Positions 39,301 through 49,916 of a stretch of 64,000 nt of DNA are shown here, piece by piece (the first letter of the stretch is position 1; each line of letters opens with the position of its first letter). The position numbers and the translations under genes are program-made. The notes beneath the pieces are model-generated. The model was given only the letters and a program-made list of their open reading frames with translations. It was not told the origin of the DNA and searched no databases. Location of the stretch: NCBI GenBank assembly GCA_903839695.1, contig CAIMDI010000010.1, positions 6,703 through 70,702 of the forward strand. Direction: 5' to 3'. This DNA is from Candidatus Tayloriibacteriota bacterium (GTDB lineage Bacteria; Patescibacteriota; Minisyncoccia; Phycocordibacterales; PALSA-1337).

Positions 39301-42300
39301 ATGCATATAACCAAGAAATATTTCAGTAGATTTAAGGAACCGTTGACGACTATGCCAAATTTGGTTGAATCCCAAATAGTTTCATTTGATGCATTCATAA
39401 AGAATGGCATTGGTGAAGTTTTGAAGGAGTTTTCTCCTATTGAGGATTATGCAAAAAAGAAGTTTGAATTGTCTTTTACAGATTTTGAACTTTCTAAACC
39501 AAAATATGATGAGCATTACGCAAAAAGTAATAAGCTTTCATATGAAGGACAAATAAAGGTAAAAGTTAAATTAAAGAACAAGCTTCTTGATGCTGTAAAG
39601 GAACAAGAAATGTTTCTTGCCGATTTACCTTTGATGACAGATCACGGAACATTCATTATAAATGGTATTGAGAGAGTTATAGTTCCTCAGCTTGCACGTT
39701 CATTCGGTATATTTTTTACAGCAAATGAATTAAAGGGAAAGACATTTTTCGGAGCAAAGGTAATACCAGCTCGTGGAGTATGGATGGAAATAGAGTCTGA
39801 TTCTGATGGAACTATATATACTCGTATAGACAGAAAGAGAAAGTTTCCTATTACATCTCTACTTAGAATTCTTGGTTTAAAGACAAATGAAGAAATCCTT
39901 ACAGCTTTTAAGGGTAATGAATTGTCAAAAAAGGTTATTGAAACAACATTGGCAAAGGATCATGCAAAGACAGTTGACGATGCTTATGTTGAAATACACA
40001 AAAGACTTAGAGATGGTGATTTAGCTACAGCAGATAATGCAAGAGAATTTCTTGGAAGTATATTTAACCCTGAACGATACGACATAAATCGTGTTGGTCG
40101 TTTCCGTTTTAACAAGCGTTTTAACAAATCAATGGATGAAAAGGATCTTGAAAGAAGAACTATTTCTTCAGATGATATTGTAACTATTATAAATCACGTT
40201 GTTGAGCTAAATAACACACCAGAAGCAGTAGAAGATGATATTGATCACTTAGGATCAAGACGTGTTAGATATGTTGGAGAATTACTTCAACAAAAACTAC
40301 GTGTTGGTATGACACAAATGAAGAGAAATATTCAGGATAAAATGTCTACAGTGGAACCAGATGTCACACTTCCTGTAAATTTCGTATTTCCAAGACCATT
40401 GCAAGCTCGTATAAAGGAATTCTTCACAACAAATCAGCTATCACAGTTTATGGGACAGGAAAATGTTCTTTCTGAAATTGAAAATCTTAGAAAGCTAACA
40501 GCACTTGGACCCGGAGGACTTACTCGAGAAAGAGCAGGATTCGAAGTTCGCGATGTTCACCCATCACATTACGGAAGAATTTGTCCTATTCACACACCTG
40601 AAGGTCCAAACATTGGTCTTATCCTTAACCTTGCAACATACGCTAGAATAAATGATTTTGGAATGATTGAGACTCCATATGCAAAAGTAAAAAATGGAAA
40701 GGTAACAAAGGACATTGTATATTTGAACGCTCTTGAAGAAGAAGGATTTAGAATTGCTCACGGTGCTATTCCTTATGACAAATCTGGAACTATTACATCA
40801 AATGAGGTTGAAGTTCGTATAAATGGAAAGCCAGGTCTAGCAAAAGCAGCTGAAGTTGACTATATAGATGTATCAACAAATCAAGCTTTTTCTATTGCCA
40901 CTTCTCTTATTCCATTCCTAAATCATGACGATGCAAACCGTGCACTCATGGGATCTAACATGCAAAAGCAGGCTACTCCTTGTCTTATTCCAGAAGCTCC
41001 ATTGGTTGCTACAGGTATTGAAAAGCAAGCAGTTATAGATACAGGAAGAATTGTCTTGGCACCAGAGGATGGTGAGATTGTTTATGTTGATTCAAAGAAA
41101 GTCGTATTTGAAGGTAAGAAAGTTGGAAAAAAAGAATACAATCTAATTCATTTCTCAAGAACAAATGGATTCACAGCTTTTCATCAAAGACCTATAGTAA
41201 GTCTAGGTGATAAAGTAAAGAAAGGAGATGTTCTCGTAGATACATCAACATCAGATAATGGTGAGATTGCCCTTGGACAAAATATGCTTGTAGCATTTAT
41301 GTCATGGTCAGGAAATAACTATGAGGATGCCATTATACTTTCAGAAAGAGTTGTTAAAAACAGTAAATTCAGTTCTATAAACATAGAAGAGTTTGTAGTA
41401 AATGTTCGCGATACAAAACTAGGTCCTGAAGTTACTACTTGTGATATTCCAAATGTTGGAGAAGCTAAACTAAAAAATCTAGCAGAGGACGGAATAGTAA
41501 GAATCGGAGCAGAAGTACGTCCTGGAGATATTCTTGTTGGAAAAATTTCACCTAGAGGTGAAACTCAGCTTACACCAGAAGAAAGACTATTGAGATCAAT
41601 CTTTGGAGAAAAGGCTCGTGATGTTAAAGATACATCAAAGAGAATGGAAGGAGGAAAGAGAGGTCGTGTTATTTCAGTAAAAATCTTTTCTAGAGAGAAA
41701 GGAGATAAGCTTGAATCTGGAATTATAAAAAGAATATATATAGAAGTTGCAGAATTAAGAAATGTTTCTGTTGGAGACAAACTAGCTGGACGTCACGGAA
41801 ACAAAGGAGTTATTTCAAGAATTCTTCCTGAAGAAGATATGCCATACATGGAAGATGGAACACCTGTTGATGTTATTTTGACTCCATTAGGTGTGCCTTC
41901 ACGTATGAACTTAGGACAGATACTTGAACTTCACTTAGGTCTCGCTGCACATACTTTAGGTTATCAAGCCATTGTTCCTCCTTTTACAGGAGCTACTGAT
42001 GTTGAGATAAAAGAAGAGCTTGTGAAAGCTGGATTTGATGCAAGTGGAAAAATGAAATTACGAGACGGAAGAACAGGAGAGCATTTTGATCAGCCAATTG
42101 CAGTTGGATATATGTATATCTTGAAACTTCATCACATGGTTGAAGATAAGATACACATGCGTTCTATTGGACCTTATTCTCTTATCACTCAGCAACCACT
42201 TGGAGGAAAAGCACAAGGTGGAGGACAGAGATTCGGAGAAATGGAAGTCTGGGCATTACTTGGTCACGGTGCCGCTTACACATTGCGTGAAATTCTAACT

Positions 42301-42477
42301 ATAAAGTCTGATGATATACAAGGTCGTTCTCAGGCATTTGATTCTATTGTTAAGGGTGAGCCATTGAAGCAACCAAACCTACCTGCATCATTCAATGTGC
42401 TTCTAAAATCACTACGTGGTTTAGCACTAGATGTTGAATTGATTAAAAAGGGTCGTGATGAGGAAGAAACAGAATAA
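39301..42477 (+). CDS. rpoB: RNA polymerase beta subunit
   Basis: GTFIINGIERV, TPEGPNIGL, GSNMQKQA, GDKLAGRHGNKG, GQRFGEMEVW. Confidence 0.99.
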   Translation: MHITKKYFSRFKEPLTTMPNLVESQIVSFDAFIKNGIGEVLKEFSPIEDYAKKKFELSFTDFELSKPKYDEHYAKSNKLSYEGQIKVKVKLKNKLLDAVKEQEMFLADLPLMTDHGTFIINGIERVIVPQLARSFGIFFTANELKGKTFFGAKVIPARGVWMEIESDSDGTIYTRIDRKRKFPITSLLRILGLKTNEEILTAFKGNELSKKVIETTLAKDHAKTVDDAYVEIHKRLRDGDLATADNAREFLGSIFNPERYDINRVGRFRFNKRFNKSMDEKDLERRTISSDDIVTIINHVVELNNTPEAVEDDIDHLGSRRVRYVGELLQQKLRVGMTQMKRNIQDKMSTVEPDVTLPVNFVFPRPLQARIKEFFTTNQLSQFMGQENVLSEIENLRKLTALGPGGLTRERAGFEVRDVHPSHYGRICPIHTPEGPNIGLILNLATYARINDFGMIETPYAKVKNGKVTKDIVYLNALEEEGFRIAHGAIPYDKSGTITSNEVEVRINGKPGLAKAAEVDYIDVSTNQAFSIATSLIPFLNHDDANRALMGSNMQKQATPCLIPEAPLVATGIEKQAVIDTGRIVLAPEDGEIVYVDSKKVVFEGKKVGKKEYNLIHFSRTNGFTAFHQRPIVSLGDKVKKGDVLVDTSTSDNGEIALGQNMLVAFMSWSGNNYEDAIILSERVVKNSKFSSINIEEFVVNVRDTKLGPEVTTCDIPNVGEAKLKNLAEDGIVRIGAEVRPGDILVGKISPRGETQLTPEERLLRSIFGEKARDVKDTSKRMEGGKRGRVISVKIFSREKGDKLESGIIKRIYIEVAELRNVSVGDKLAGRHGNKGVISRILPEEDMPYMEDGTPVDVILTPLGVPSRMNLGQILELHLGLAAHTLGYQAIVPPFTGATDVEIKEELVKAGFDASGKMKLRDGRTGEHFDQPIAVGYMYILKLHHMVEDKIHMRSIGPYSLITQQPLGGKAQGGGQRFGEMEVWALLGHGAAYTLREILTIKSDDIQGRSQAFDSIVKGEPLKQPNLPASFNVLLKSLRGLALDVELIKKGRDEEETE

Positions 42478-42516
42478 TAATTATCATCAAGATCATAAAT
42501 AATTAATATAAAAACT

Positions 42517-45500
42517 ATGGAAAAAAATAATATGTATAAAAGACAAAATGACCCAACAGACTTCGATGCAGTGAAGCTTGGTGTCGCTTCGCCTGAGAAA
42601 ATCTTGGAATGGTCTTTTGGTGAAATTACAAAGCCTGAGACTATTAACTACAGAACTCAAAGATCTGAAAAGAATGGACTTTTTGATGAGAAAATATTCG
42701 GTCCTGATCGTGATTATGAATGTTATTGCGGAAAGTATCGTGGAATAAGATACAAGGGAATTGTTTGTGAAAAATGTGGAGTTGAAATCACACGCTCTAT
42801 TGTTCGTCGAGAAAGAATGGGACATATAGAACTAGCTACTCCTGTTTCTCATATTTGGTTCCTACGATCAATGCCTTCTCGTATTGGTTTGGTTCTTGGT
42901 ATGACAACTTCTGATTTAGAAAAGGTTGTTTATTTCGCTGGATATATTGTCACCAAAATTCATCAAGGAGAAAAAGATGCTTTCTTGAAAGAGCTTGAAT
43001 CTGAATTCAAAACTAAAGTTAAAGCTGCTCAAGATGAAAAAACAAAAGATGCTCTAAAGGAGCTTGTACTTACAGCTCGAAGAGAAATAGAAAGTCTTGT
43101 GCCTGGATTTGTTATGGATGAAGTTCAATATCACAAGTACTCAATGAAATATGGTTCATTATTTGAGGCTGGTATTGGTGCTGAAGCTATATTTGATATT
43201 CTAAAGAAAACAGATATGGGCAAACTCCTTGCATCTCTTGAAGGGGAATTTGAGGGAGCAAGTACACTTGAAAAAGAAAAATTATCAAAAAGAATTTCTC
43301 TTATCAAGTCAATGATAAAGTCAGAAACAAGACCAGAATGGATGTTTCTAACAAGAATTCCAGTTATTCCACCAGCACTTAGACCAATGGTTGCTCTTGA
43401 TGGTGGTCGTTATGCTACATCAGATGTAAATGACCTTTACAGAAGAGTAATAAATCGAAACAATCGTTTACTTAAATTAAAAGAAATTGAAGCACCAGAT
43501 GTTATTTTAAGAAATGAAAAAAGAATTCTACAAGAAGCAGTAGATGTACTTATAGATAATTCTATTCGTCACGGTGCAGCAACAGGAGCTGCAGCTATAC
43601 AAGCTCAAAAGCGTGCTCTTAAATCATTGTCAGATAATCTAAAGAGTAAGAGAGGATTATTTAGACAAAATCTTCTAGGAAAGCGTGTGGACTATTCAGG
43701 ACGTTCAGTAATCGTTGTCGGACCTACTTTGGCACTAGATCAATGTGGTCTTCCAAAGCACATGGCACTTGAACTTTTCAGACCATTCGTTATTTCAGGA
43801 CTATTGAAAAGGGAATTAGCTTTCAACATTAGAGGTGCGGGTAGACTTATAGACGATGGAGCAAAAGAAGTATGGGAAATTCTAGAAGAAGTTATTGCTG
43901 GTAAGTATGTTCTTCTAAATCGTGCGCCTACTCTTCATAGATTAGGTATACAAGCATTCCGTCCTACTCTTATTGAAGGAAATGCTATTCAAGTTCATCC
44001 ACTTGTTTGTACAGCATTCAACGCTGACTTCGACGGTGACCAGATGGCCGTTCACGTTCCACTTGGAGTTGAAGCGCAACTTGAAGCAAAGGAAATAATG
44101 GCAGCAGACAAGAACATTTTAAAGCCTGGAAACGGAGATCCTACAGTTGTAGCTAAGCTTCTAGATATTGTTCTTGGTTGTTTTTGGATAACAAAAACAG
44201 TTGATGGCGACAATGGTGAAGGAAAAATATTTGAAAGTCCAGAAGCCGCATTAACTGCTCACAATTATGACGCAGTAACTTACAGAGCAAAAATAAAAGT
44301 TCTACCAAGAGATGACAAAAAATACGCCCAATTTGAAGGTAAACTTTTTGAAACTACAGTTGGACGTATTCTATTCAACGATATTCTTCCTTGTGATTAT
44401 CCTTTTATTAACAAGGAAATCGATAGAAAGAAATTGTCAGGTATTATGGACGATTTGATTATTAGTCATGATATGAAAGATATTCCTATCATTCTTGATC
44501 AAATTAAAACTTTTGGATTCAAATACGCTACACATTCAGGAACTACATGGGGTATTGATGATGTTATTATTCCAAATGGTAAAGCAGAAGTTATAACAAA
44601 GGCAAAAGCAAGTTCAGATTTAGTAATGGAGCAATTCAATGAGGGATTACTTACAGAAGAAGAGAGACTTAGAAAAAATATTGAAATTTGGCATAGTGCA
44701 AAGGGACAAGTTGAAAAACTTATTCCAAGTTCATTAAATAAAATGGGATCAGTTTACGATATGGTTACATCTGGAGCCAGAGGTTCTCTTTCTCAGATTA
44801 CACAAATGGCCGGAATGAAAGGATTGATCGCTTCTGGATCTGGAGCAACAATTGAATTCCCAATTATATCTTGTTCAAAAGAAGGTTTGACTCCTATTGA
44901 GTATTTCATTACTACTCACGGTTCAAGAAAAGGTCTTACAGACACAGCCCTAAATACAGCAAAAGCAGGTTATCTTACAAGAAAATTATTCGTTGTTGCA
45001 CAAGACGTTATGGTTAACGAAGATGATTGTGGTACAAAGGATTCTATTATTGTAAAAAAGCAAACAGCCTCAGGAATAAATATTCCATTGTCAAAGAATA
45101 TTAGAGGACGTGTGCTAGCAGAAGATTTGCACGCCGCAGACGGAAGTGTTCTATTCAAAAAGAATCACTTATTGTCAAAATTAGAAGCAGTTAAAATAGA
45201 AGAGGCAGATATAGCTGCGGTTCGTGTGCGCTCACCACTTTCATGTAAAAGTGTAAGAGGTGTATGTGCTCAATGTTACGGAGTTGATTTAGGAAGAAAT
45301 AAGCTTGTAGAATTGGGAGAGGCAGTAGGTACAGTTGCTGGACAAGCTATCGGAGAGCCAGGAACACAGTTGACTATGCGTACATTCCACGCCGGAGGTA
45401 CAGCGTCAGTTGGTGGAGATATTACTCAAGGTCTTCCTCGCGTTGAAGAAATCTTTGAAAAACGACGTCCAAAAAATCCTGCAGTTGTTTCTGCAGTTAG

Positions 45501-46197
45501 TGGAACAGTTACAGAAGTTAAAGATCTTGGTAAAGAGAAAGTAATCAAGATAATGCCAGAATTAGAAGATAGAGCAAAGGGTAATAAGCCAAGTGAAGTT
45601 GAATACCTTTTCAATTCTAAGCGTATGTCTTTTGTTAAAATGGGAGATAAAGTAAATAAAGGAGACTTAATAACTGACGGATCTGCCGATATTGATGAAG
45701 TCTTTGAATTCGGTGGAGCAGAAAAAGCAAAGGATTATGTTATTAGTGAAGTTGGAAAGATTTATGAATTACAAGGAGAAACAGTAGCAAGAAAGCATAT
45801 TGAAATAATAGTAAAGCAAATGTTTTCAAGAAGAAAAGTTACTGAAGCTGGTAATACAAACTTTGCAGAGGGAATGATTGTTGATGATATATATCTAAAA
45901 GAAGAAAATGATAAAGCAAAGGAGACAAATGGATCATTGGCAAAGGTAGAAGCAGTTGTTATGGGAATAACAGAAGTATCTCTATCTAGAAAGAGTTTCC
46001 TTTCTGCGGCATCATTCCAACACACAACTCGTGTACTCATAAATAGTGCAGTTAGAGGAAGTGAAGATGATCTAATAGGTCTAATGGAGAACGTTATCAT
46101 AGGTCGCTTGATTCCAGCAGGTTCAGGATTTGCAGGAAGTCCAAAGCAAAAAATGATAGAGACAGTTCAACCAAAGGAAGAGGAATATGGGTATTAA
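42517..46197 (+). CDS. rpoC: RNA polymerase beta' subunit
   Basis: NADFDGD, LLGKRVDYSGR, GEPGTQLTMRTFH. Confidence 0.99.
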   Translation: MEKNNMYKRQNDPTDFDAVKLGVASPEKILEWSFGEITKPETINYRTQRSEKNGLFDEKIFGPDRDYECYCGKYRGIRYKGIVCEKCGVEITRSIVRRERMGHIELATPVSHIWFLRSMPSRIGLVLGMTTSDLEKVVYFAGYIVTKIHQGEKDAFLKELESEFKTKVKAAQDEKTKDALKELVLTARREIESLVPGFVMDEVQYHKYSMKYGSLFEAGIGAEAIFDILKKTDMGKLLASLEGEFEGASTLEKEKLSKRISLIKSMIKSETRPEWMFLTRIPVIPPALRPMVALDGGRYATSDVNDLYRRVINRNNRLLKLKEIEAPDVILRNEKRILQEAVDVLIDNSIRHGAATGAAAIQAQKRALKSLSDNLKSKRGLFRQNLLGKRVDYSGRSVIVVGPTLALDQCGLPKHMALELFRPFVISGLLKRELAFNIRGAGRLIDDGAKEVWEILEEVIAGKYVLLNRAPTLHRLGIQAFRPTLIEGNAIQVHPLVCTAFNADFDGDQMAVHVPLGVEAQLEAKEIMAADKNILKPGNGDPTVVAKLLDIVLGCFWITKTVDGDNGEGKIFESPEAALTAHNYDAVTYRAKIKVLPRDDKKYAQFEGKLFETTVGRILFNDILPCDYPFINKEIDRKKLSGIMDDLIISHDMKDIPIILDQIKTFGFKYATHSGTTWGIDDVIIPNGKAEVITKAKASSDLVMEQFNEGLLTEEERLRKNIEIWHSAKGQVEKLIPSSLNKMGSVYDMVTSGARGSLSQITQMAGMKGLIASGSGATIEFPIISCSKEGLTPIEYFITTHGSRKGLTDTALNTAKAGYLTRKLFVVAQDVMVNEDDCGTKDSIIVKKQTASGINIPLSKNIRGRVLAEDLHAADGSVLFKKNHLLSKLEAVKIEEADIAAVRVRSPLSCKSVRGVCAQCYGVDLGRNKLVELGEAVGTVAGQAIGEPGTQLTMRTFHAGGTASVGGDITQGLPRVEEIFEKRRPKNPAVVSAVSGTVTEVKDLGKEKVIKIMPELEDRAKGNKPSEVEYLFNSKRMSFVKMGDKVNKGDLITDGSADIDEVFEFGGAEKAKDYVISEVGKIYELQGETVARKHIEIIVKQMFSRRKVTEAGNTNFAEGMIVDDIYLKEENDKAKETNGSLAKVEAVVMGITEVSLSRKSFLSAASFQHTTRVLINSAVRGSEDDLIGLMENVIIGRLIPAGSGFAGSPKQKMIETVQPKEEEYGY

Positions 46198-46243
46198 TTA
46201 GTAGATAAATAGAAGGCGGGGGGATAGATAAAAGTAGGTAGTA

Positions 46244-46276
46244 AAAGAAAGAGCCCTAGAAATAGGGCTTTTTCTG
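46244..46276 (+). terminator. rpoBC intrinsic terminator
   Basis: AGAAAGAGCCCTA-gaaa-TAGGGCTTTTTCT. Confidence 0.85.
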
Positions 46277-46299
46277 TTTGCGGGAGCTTACAGATCCCT

Positions 46300-46345
46300 T
46301 CTTTAAAATTTCTTTATAACTTCTTAATAACTTTTTGCTAAAGTG
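46300..46345 (+). promoter_or_regulatory. mazF promoter with three 11-bp direct repeats
   Basis: TCTTTAAAATT TCTTTATAACT TCTTAATAACT tttTGcTAAAGT; near-identical to 57115-57149. Confidence 0.72.
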
Positions 46346-46374
46346 AACAAATTATTAAGATAATTGAATAATAT

Positions 46375-46803
46375 ATGAAAAAAGATTATAAAGAATGGTT
46401 TAAATTTAAACCTATAGTTAACAATATTGAGAATAATATTAGAGCTCGAACTGGCGAAATCTGGTACTGTCACTGGGGGACTAATGTTGGTTCGGAATTT
46501 GATGGCAAGGGCCAAAATAGCATAAGACCAGTTTTAATAATTAAAAAGACTAGTCCTAATACATTCTTATGTTTACCGCTAACAAGTAATGGTAAAGATT
46601 TGCCAATGTATTTTAAATTAAACTCATTTAATACAAAATCTAGTATTGTATTGGATCAGATTCGCTCAATAGATTCAAAAAGATTTTTTAGGTTCATAGA
46701 ACAAGTATCTGATAAGGAGTTAAAAAATATAATAGATAAGTTGGTTCATTATATAAAAGGCGAAACCCCGCCAAATGGCGGGGAATCTCGGCGGTCCAAC
46801 TAA
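46375..46803 (+). CDS. orphan PemK/MazF-family endoribonuclease toxin
   Basis: GEIW..G.NVGSE..G..RPVLII, LPLTS, LDQIRSIDSKR; no adjacent antitoxin ORF. Confidence 0.9.
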   Translation: MKKDYKEWFKFKPIVNNIENNIRARTGEIWYCHWGTNVGSEFDGKGQNSIRPVLIIKKTSPNTFLCLPLTSNGKDLPMYFKLNSFNTKSSIVLDQIRSIDSKRFFRFIEQVSDKELKNIIDKLVHYIKGETPPNGGESRRSN

Positions 46804-46814
46804 GGACGACTGTA
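46752..46814 (-). ncRNA. putative small RNA convergent with and overlapping the mazF 3' end (candidate RNA antitoxin)
   Basis: Minus-strand promoter at 46847-46820; GTCC/GGAC hairpin; CCCCGCC/GGCGGGG hairpin + TTTT. Confidence 0.62.
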
Positions 46815-46819
46815 CTCAT

Positions 46820-46847
46820 ATCATACCAAACCTCTTCTTGTAGTCAA
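46820..46847 (-). promoter_or_regulatory. sigma70 promoter facing back into mazF
   Basis: TTGACT-16-(TGg)TATGAT; no minus-strand gene to serve. Confidence 0.72.
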
Positions 46848-46874
46848 CCCCTTAAATGATATATACTGTACGCA

Positions 46875-48656
46875 ATGTCATCTAATGTCGAAAAAATCAA
46901 GGAAAGACTAGGAATTGAAGAGGTAATTAGTTCATATATCAAGCTTGAAAAAGCCGGTAAAAACCTAAAGGGTAAATGCCCATTTCATAATGAAAAAACT
47001 GCGTCATTTTTCGTATCACCTGAAAGGGGAACATATCATTGTTTTGGGTGTTCGATGGGCGGGGACATCTTCAGTTTTGTAGAGCAATTTGAAGGTTTAG
47101 ACTTTATGGGATCATTAAAAATGCTTGCCGAAAGAGCTGGTGTTCAATTGGAATTTGATAAAGCAAATAATGAATACAAAACAGAAAAGGAAAAATTATT
47201 GGCAATTATGGAGGACGCCACAAAGTTTTTTGAAGCTGGATTACAAAGTTCTAAAGATGCACAAGAATATTTAAAAAAGAGAGGTATAAAATCAGAAACA
47301 GCAAAAGAGTTTCGTATAGGATATATTCCCGCAGATTGGAGATTGCTTTATACATATTTAAAAAATAAAAAATACGCAGATAATGAGATCGAAAAGGCGG
47401 GATTAATAAAGCGACCGGAAGAAATAGGTGGAGTAAAAAAAGAATATTACGATAGATTCCGTGGTCGTATTATGTTTCCCATTTCAGATTCTGGTGGACG
47501 TGTAATAGCATTTTCTGGAAGAATATTAATTGACGATGGTAAGTCTGCAAAATATTTAAATAGTCCTGATACGATTTTATTTAACAAAAGTACAGTTCTT
47601 TATGGCATAGATAAAGCTAAACAAACGATACGAATAAAAGATTATTCTATTTTAGTTGAAGGGCAGATGGATTTGGTACTTTCTCATCAGGCAGGCATAA
47701 AAAATACAGTGGCAGTGTCCGGAACTGCGCTCGCAGACTCTCTTGTTTCTAAAGATAATGTTGTAAATAATCTAGGAATTATAAAAAGACTTTCAAACAA
47801 TATTATCCTTGCTTTTGATTCTGATAATGCTGGTAGAAAAGCTGCAATGCGCTCTTCTGCAATTGCTCTTAGTCTTGGTATGGACGTAAAAATTGCCGAT
47901 TTACCAGATGGTAAGGACCCAGCTGATTTAGTATTAGCAAATGTTGAGTCTTGGAAGGATGTATTGCGTAATTCTAAACCTGTGGTAGAATTTCAAATTG
48001 ATACTGTGCTTAAAAAAATGACAGCTGCAAATCTTGACCTGAGGTTATTACCACAGGCATTGCGGGAAAATGTCCTTCCATTTATTGCTCCTCTAACTGG
48101 AGCGATGGAAAAAGCACACTATATAAAATTAATAAAAGAAAAAACCGGGCTTTCTGAAGAATCAATTCGAGAGGATTTGAGGAAAATAGAGGCGTCATTA
48201 AATGGTTTGGTCGCGGAAGTTCGCATGGCTGAAAAGCTTAAAGCGACAACGACTAGGCTAGACTCCATTATCAGAAAGTTGTTTGGTCTCATTTATTATT
48301 TAGAAAAAAACAATATACCTGGAATTGATGCAAAAAGTCACTTGACTAGCATCAAAAATATTTCAGGTGAAAGATATGAAAATATTATTAAAAGTATAGA
48401 GCCACATAAAGATGAATTATTATTAGAGGCCGAAGTGACTTTTAGTTTAGATAATAATAATTTAGCATCAGATTTGAATGAATTATTGTTAAATTTCGAA
48501 GAAGATATCGTTCGTCAGGAATTTTCAGAAACCATGTCGGAATTAGCAAAATCAGAAAGAGAGAAAGATGATCAAAAAGGTCAGGATTTAATGAAAAAAT
48601 GCCAAATACTAAGTATTAGACTATCAGAGTTGGCAAAAAGAAGAATTAAGATTTAA
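46875..48656 (+). CDS. dnaG: DNA primase
   Basis: CPFHNEKT Zn ribbon, FRGRIMFPI, KYLNSP, VEGQMD, FDSDNAG. Confidence 0.97.
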   Translation: MSSNVEKIKERLGIEEVISSYIKLEKAGKNLKGKCPFHNEKTASFFVSPERGTYHCFGCSMGGDIFSFVEQFEGLDFMGSLKMLAERAGVQLEFDKANNEYKTEKEKLLAIMEDATKFFEAGLQSSKDAQEYLKKRGIKSETAKEFRIGYIPADWRLLYTYLKNKKYADNEIEKAGLIKRPEEIGGVKKEYYDRFRGRIMFPISDSGGRVIAFSGRILIDDGKSAKYLNSPDTILFNKSTVLYGIDKAKQTIRIKDYSILVEGQMDLVLSHQAGIKNTVAVSGTALADSLVSKDNVVNNLGIIKRLSNNIILAFDSDNAGRKAAMRSSAIALSLGMDVKIADLPDGKDPADLVLANVESWKDVLRNSKPVVEFQIDTVLKKMTAANLDLRLLPQALRENVLPFIAPLTGAMEKAHYIKLIKEKTGLSEESIREDLRKIEASLNGLVAEVRMAEKLKATTTRLDSIIRKLFGLIYYLEKNNIPGIDAKSHLTSIKNISGERYENIIKSIEPHKDELLLEAEVTFSLDNNNLASDLNELLLNFEEDIVRQEFSETMSELAKSEREKDDQKGQDLMKKCQILSIRLSELAKRRIKI

Positions 48657-48668
48657 TTAATTAAAATT

Positions 48669-49883
48669 ATGAAAAAAACAAAAAAAATAATAAAGAAAAT
48701 AATTAAAACTAAAAAAACTAAAATTAAGTCAAAGAAAATTGCAAAAAAACCAGCAAAAAGTAAAGAAAAAAAGCCAGCAGGAGCAAAGCAAACTAAAAAC
48801 AAAGAATTTGAATTAAAGGCAAGTAAATTAACTGCAAAGGGAAAAGAAAGAGGCTTCGTCACATACGATGAAATTCTAAAGGAATTTCCAAACATAGAAA
48901 CAGATATTATGTTTTTGGATGATTTGTATTCAAAATTTTCAGTAGCTGGAATTGACGTTTTGGAAGGTGGAGGATTATTGGAAATGGAACCAACAGTTAC
49001 TCATGCACCAAAAAAATATTCATATGGAAGTAGTAGAAGCGCAGATTCTTCATACGATTCTATTCAAATGTATTTAAAGGAAATTGGACAGTTTTCTCTA
49101 ATTTCTGCATCAAATGAAAAAGAATTAGCAAAAAGAATACAGGCTGGAGACAGAGAAGCCAAAAATCTATTGGCACGTGCCAATCTCCGCCTTGTAGTTT
49201 CTATAGCAAAAAAATACGTAGGACGTTCTCCAGATTTAACTTTACTTGATTTGATTCAAGAGGGTAATTTGGGATTGTTCAAAGCCGTTGATAAATTTGA
49301 CTGGACAAAAGGTTACAAATTTTCTACTTATGCAACATGGTGGATACGTCAGGCTATAACTCGTGCATTGGCAGATCAAAGTCGAACTATTCGTGTTCCA
49401 GTACACATGGTGGAAACTATAGCAAAATACAAACAAGTCGTTCGTCGTTTGACTCAAGACCTTGGCCGAGATCCTTTACCTGAAGAAGTAGCAACAGAAA
49501 TGGGTCTTGATGTTGAAAAAATATACAATATAGAAAAAATTGATCAAAACGTCGCTTCTCTGGACGATCAAATAGGTGATGATAGTGATGATGGAAAATC
49601 TACATTAGGTGATTTTATTCCTGATGATAAAATTCTTTCTCCAGATCAAGAAAGTTCACGTAGAATTTTGCGAGATCAAGTTAATGAAATTCTTGATGAT
49701 CTTTCTGAAAAAGAAAAGAAAATTTTGGAAATGCGTCACGGACTAAATGACGGTATTACTCATACTTTGGAGGAGGTTGGAAAAGAGTTTGGTGTTACAA
49801 GAGAGCGTATACGTCAAATTGAAGCAAAGGCTCATGATAAGATTCGCCAACACGACAAAATAAATAGATTAAGAAATTATTAG
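48669..49883 (+). CDS. rpoD: primary sigma factor (sigma70/SigA) with a Lys-rich N-terminus
   Basis: [42 protein letters not shown]. Confidence 0.97.
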   Translation: MKKTKKIIKKIIKTKKTKIKSKKIAKKPAKSKEKKPAGAKQTKNKEFELKASKLTAKGKERGFVTYDEILKEFPNIETDIMFLDDLYSKFSVAGIDVLEGGGLLEMEPTVTHAPKKYSYGSSRSADSSYDSIQMYLKEIGQFSLISASNEKELAKRIQAGDREAKNLLARANLRLVVSIAKKYVGRSPDLTLLDLIQEGNLGLFKAVDKFDWTKGYKFSTYATWWIRQAITRALADQSRTIRVPVHMVETIAKYKQVVRRLTQDLGRDPLPEEVATEMGLDVEKIYNIEKIDQNVASLDDQIGDDSDDGKSTLGDFIPDDKILSPDQESSRRILRDQVNEILDDLSEKEKKILEMRHGLNDGITHTLEEVGKEFGVTRERIRQIEAKAHDKIRQHDKINRLRNY

Positions 49884-49916
49884 GGTTAAGAACGAATTTT
49901 GGGTTATAATAATTCA

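Noticed and set aside
46324-46515. 63-aa minus-strand ORF as a possible MazE antitoxin
   Set aside because: Largely antisense to mazF, with no AbrB/RHH features and no evident promoter or start context
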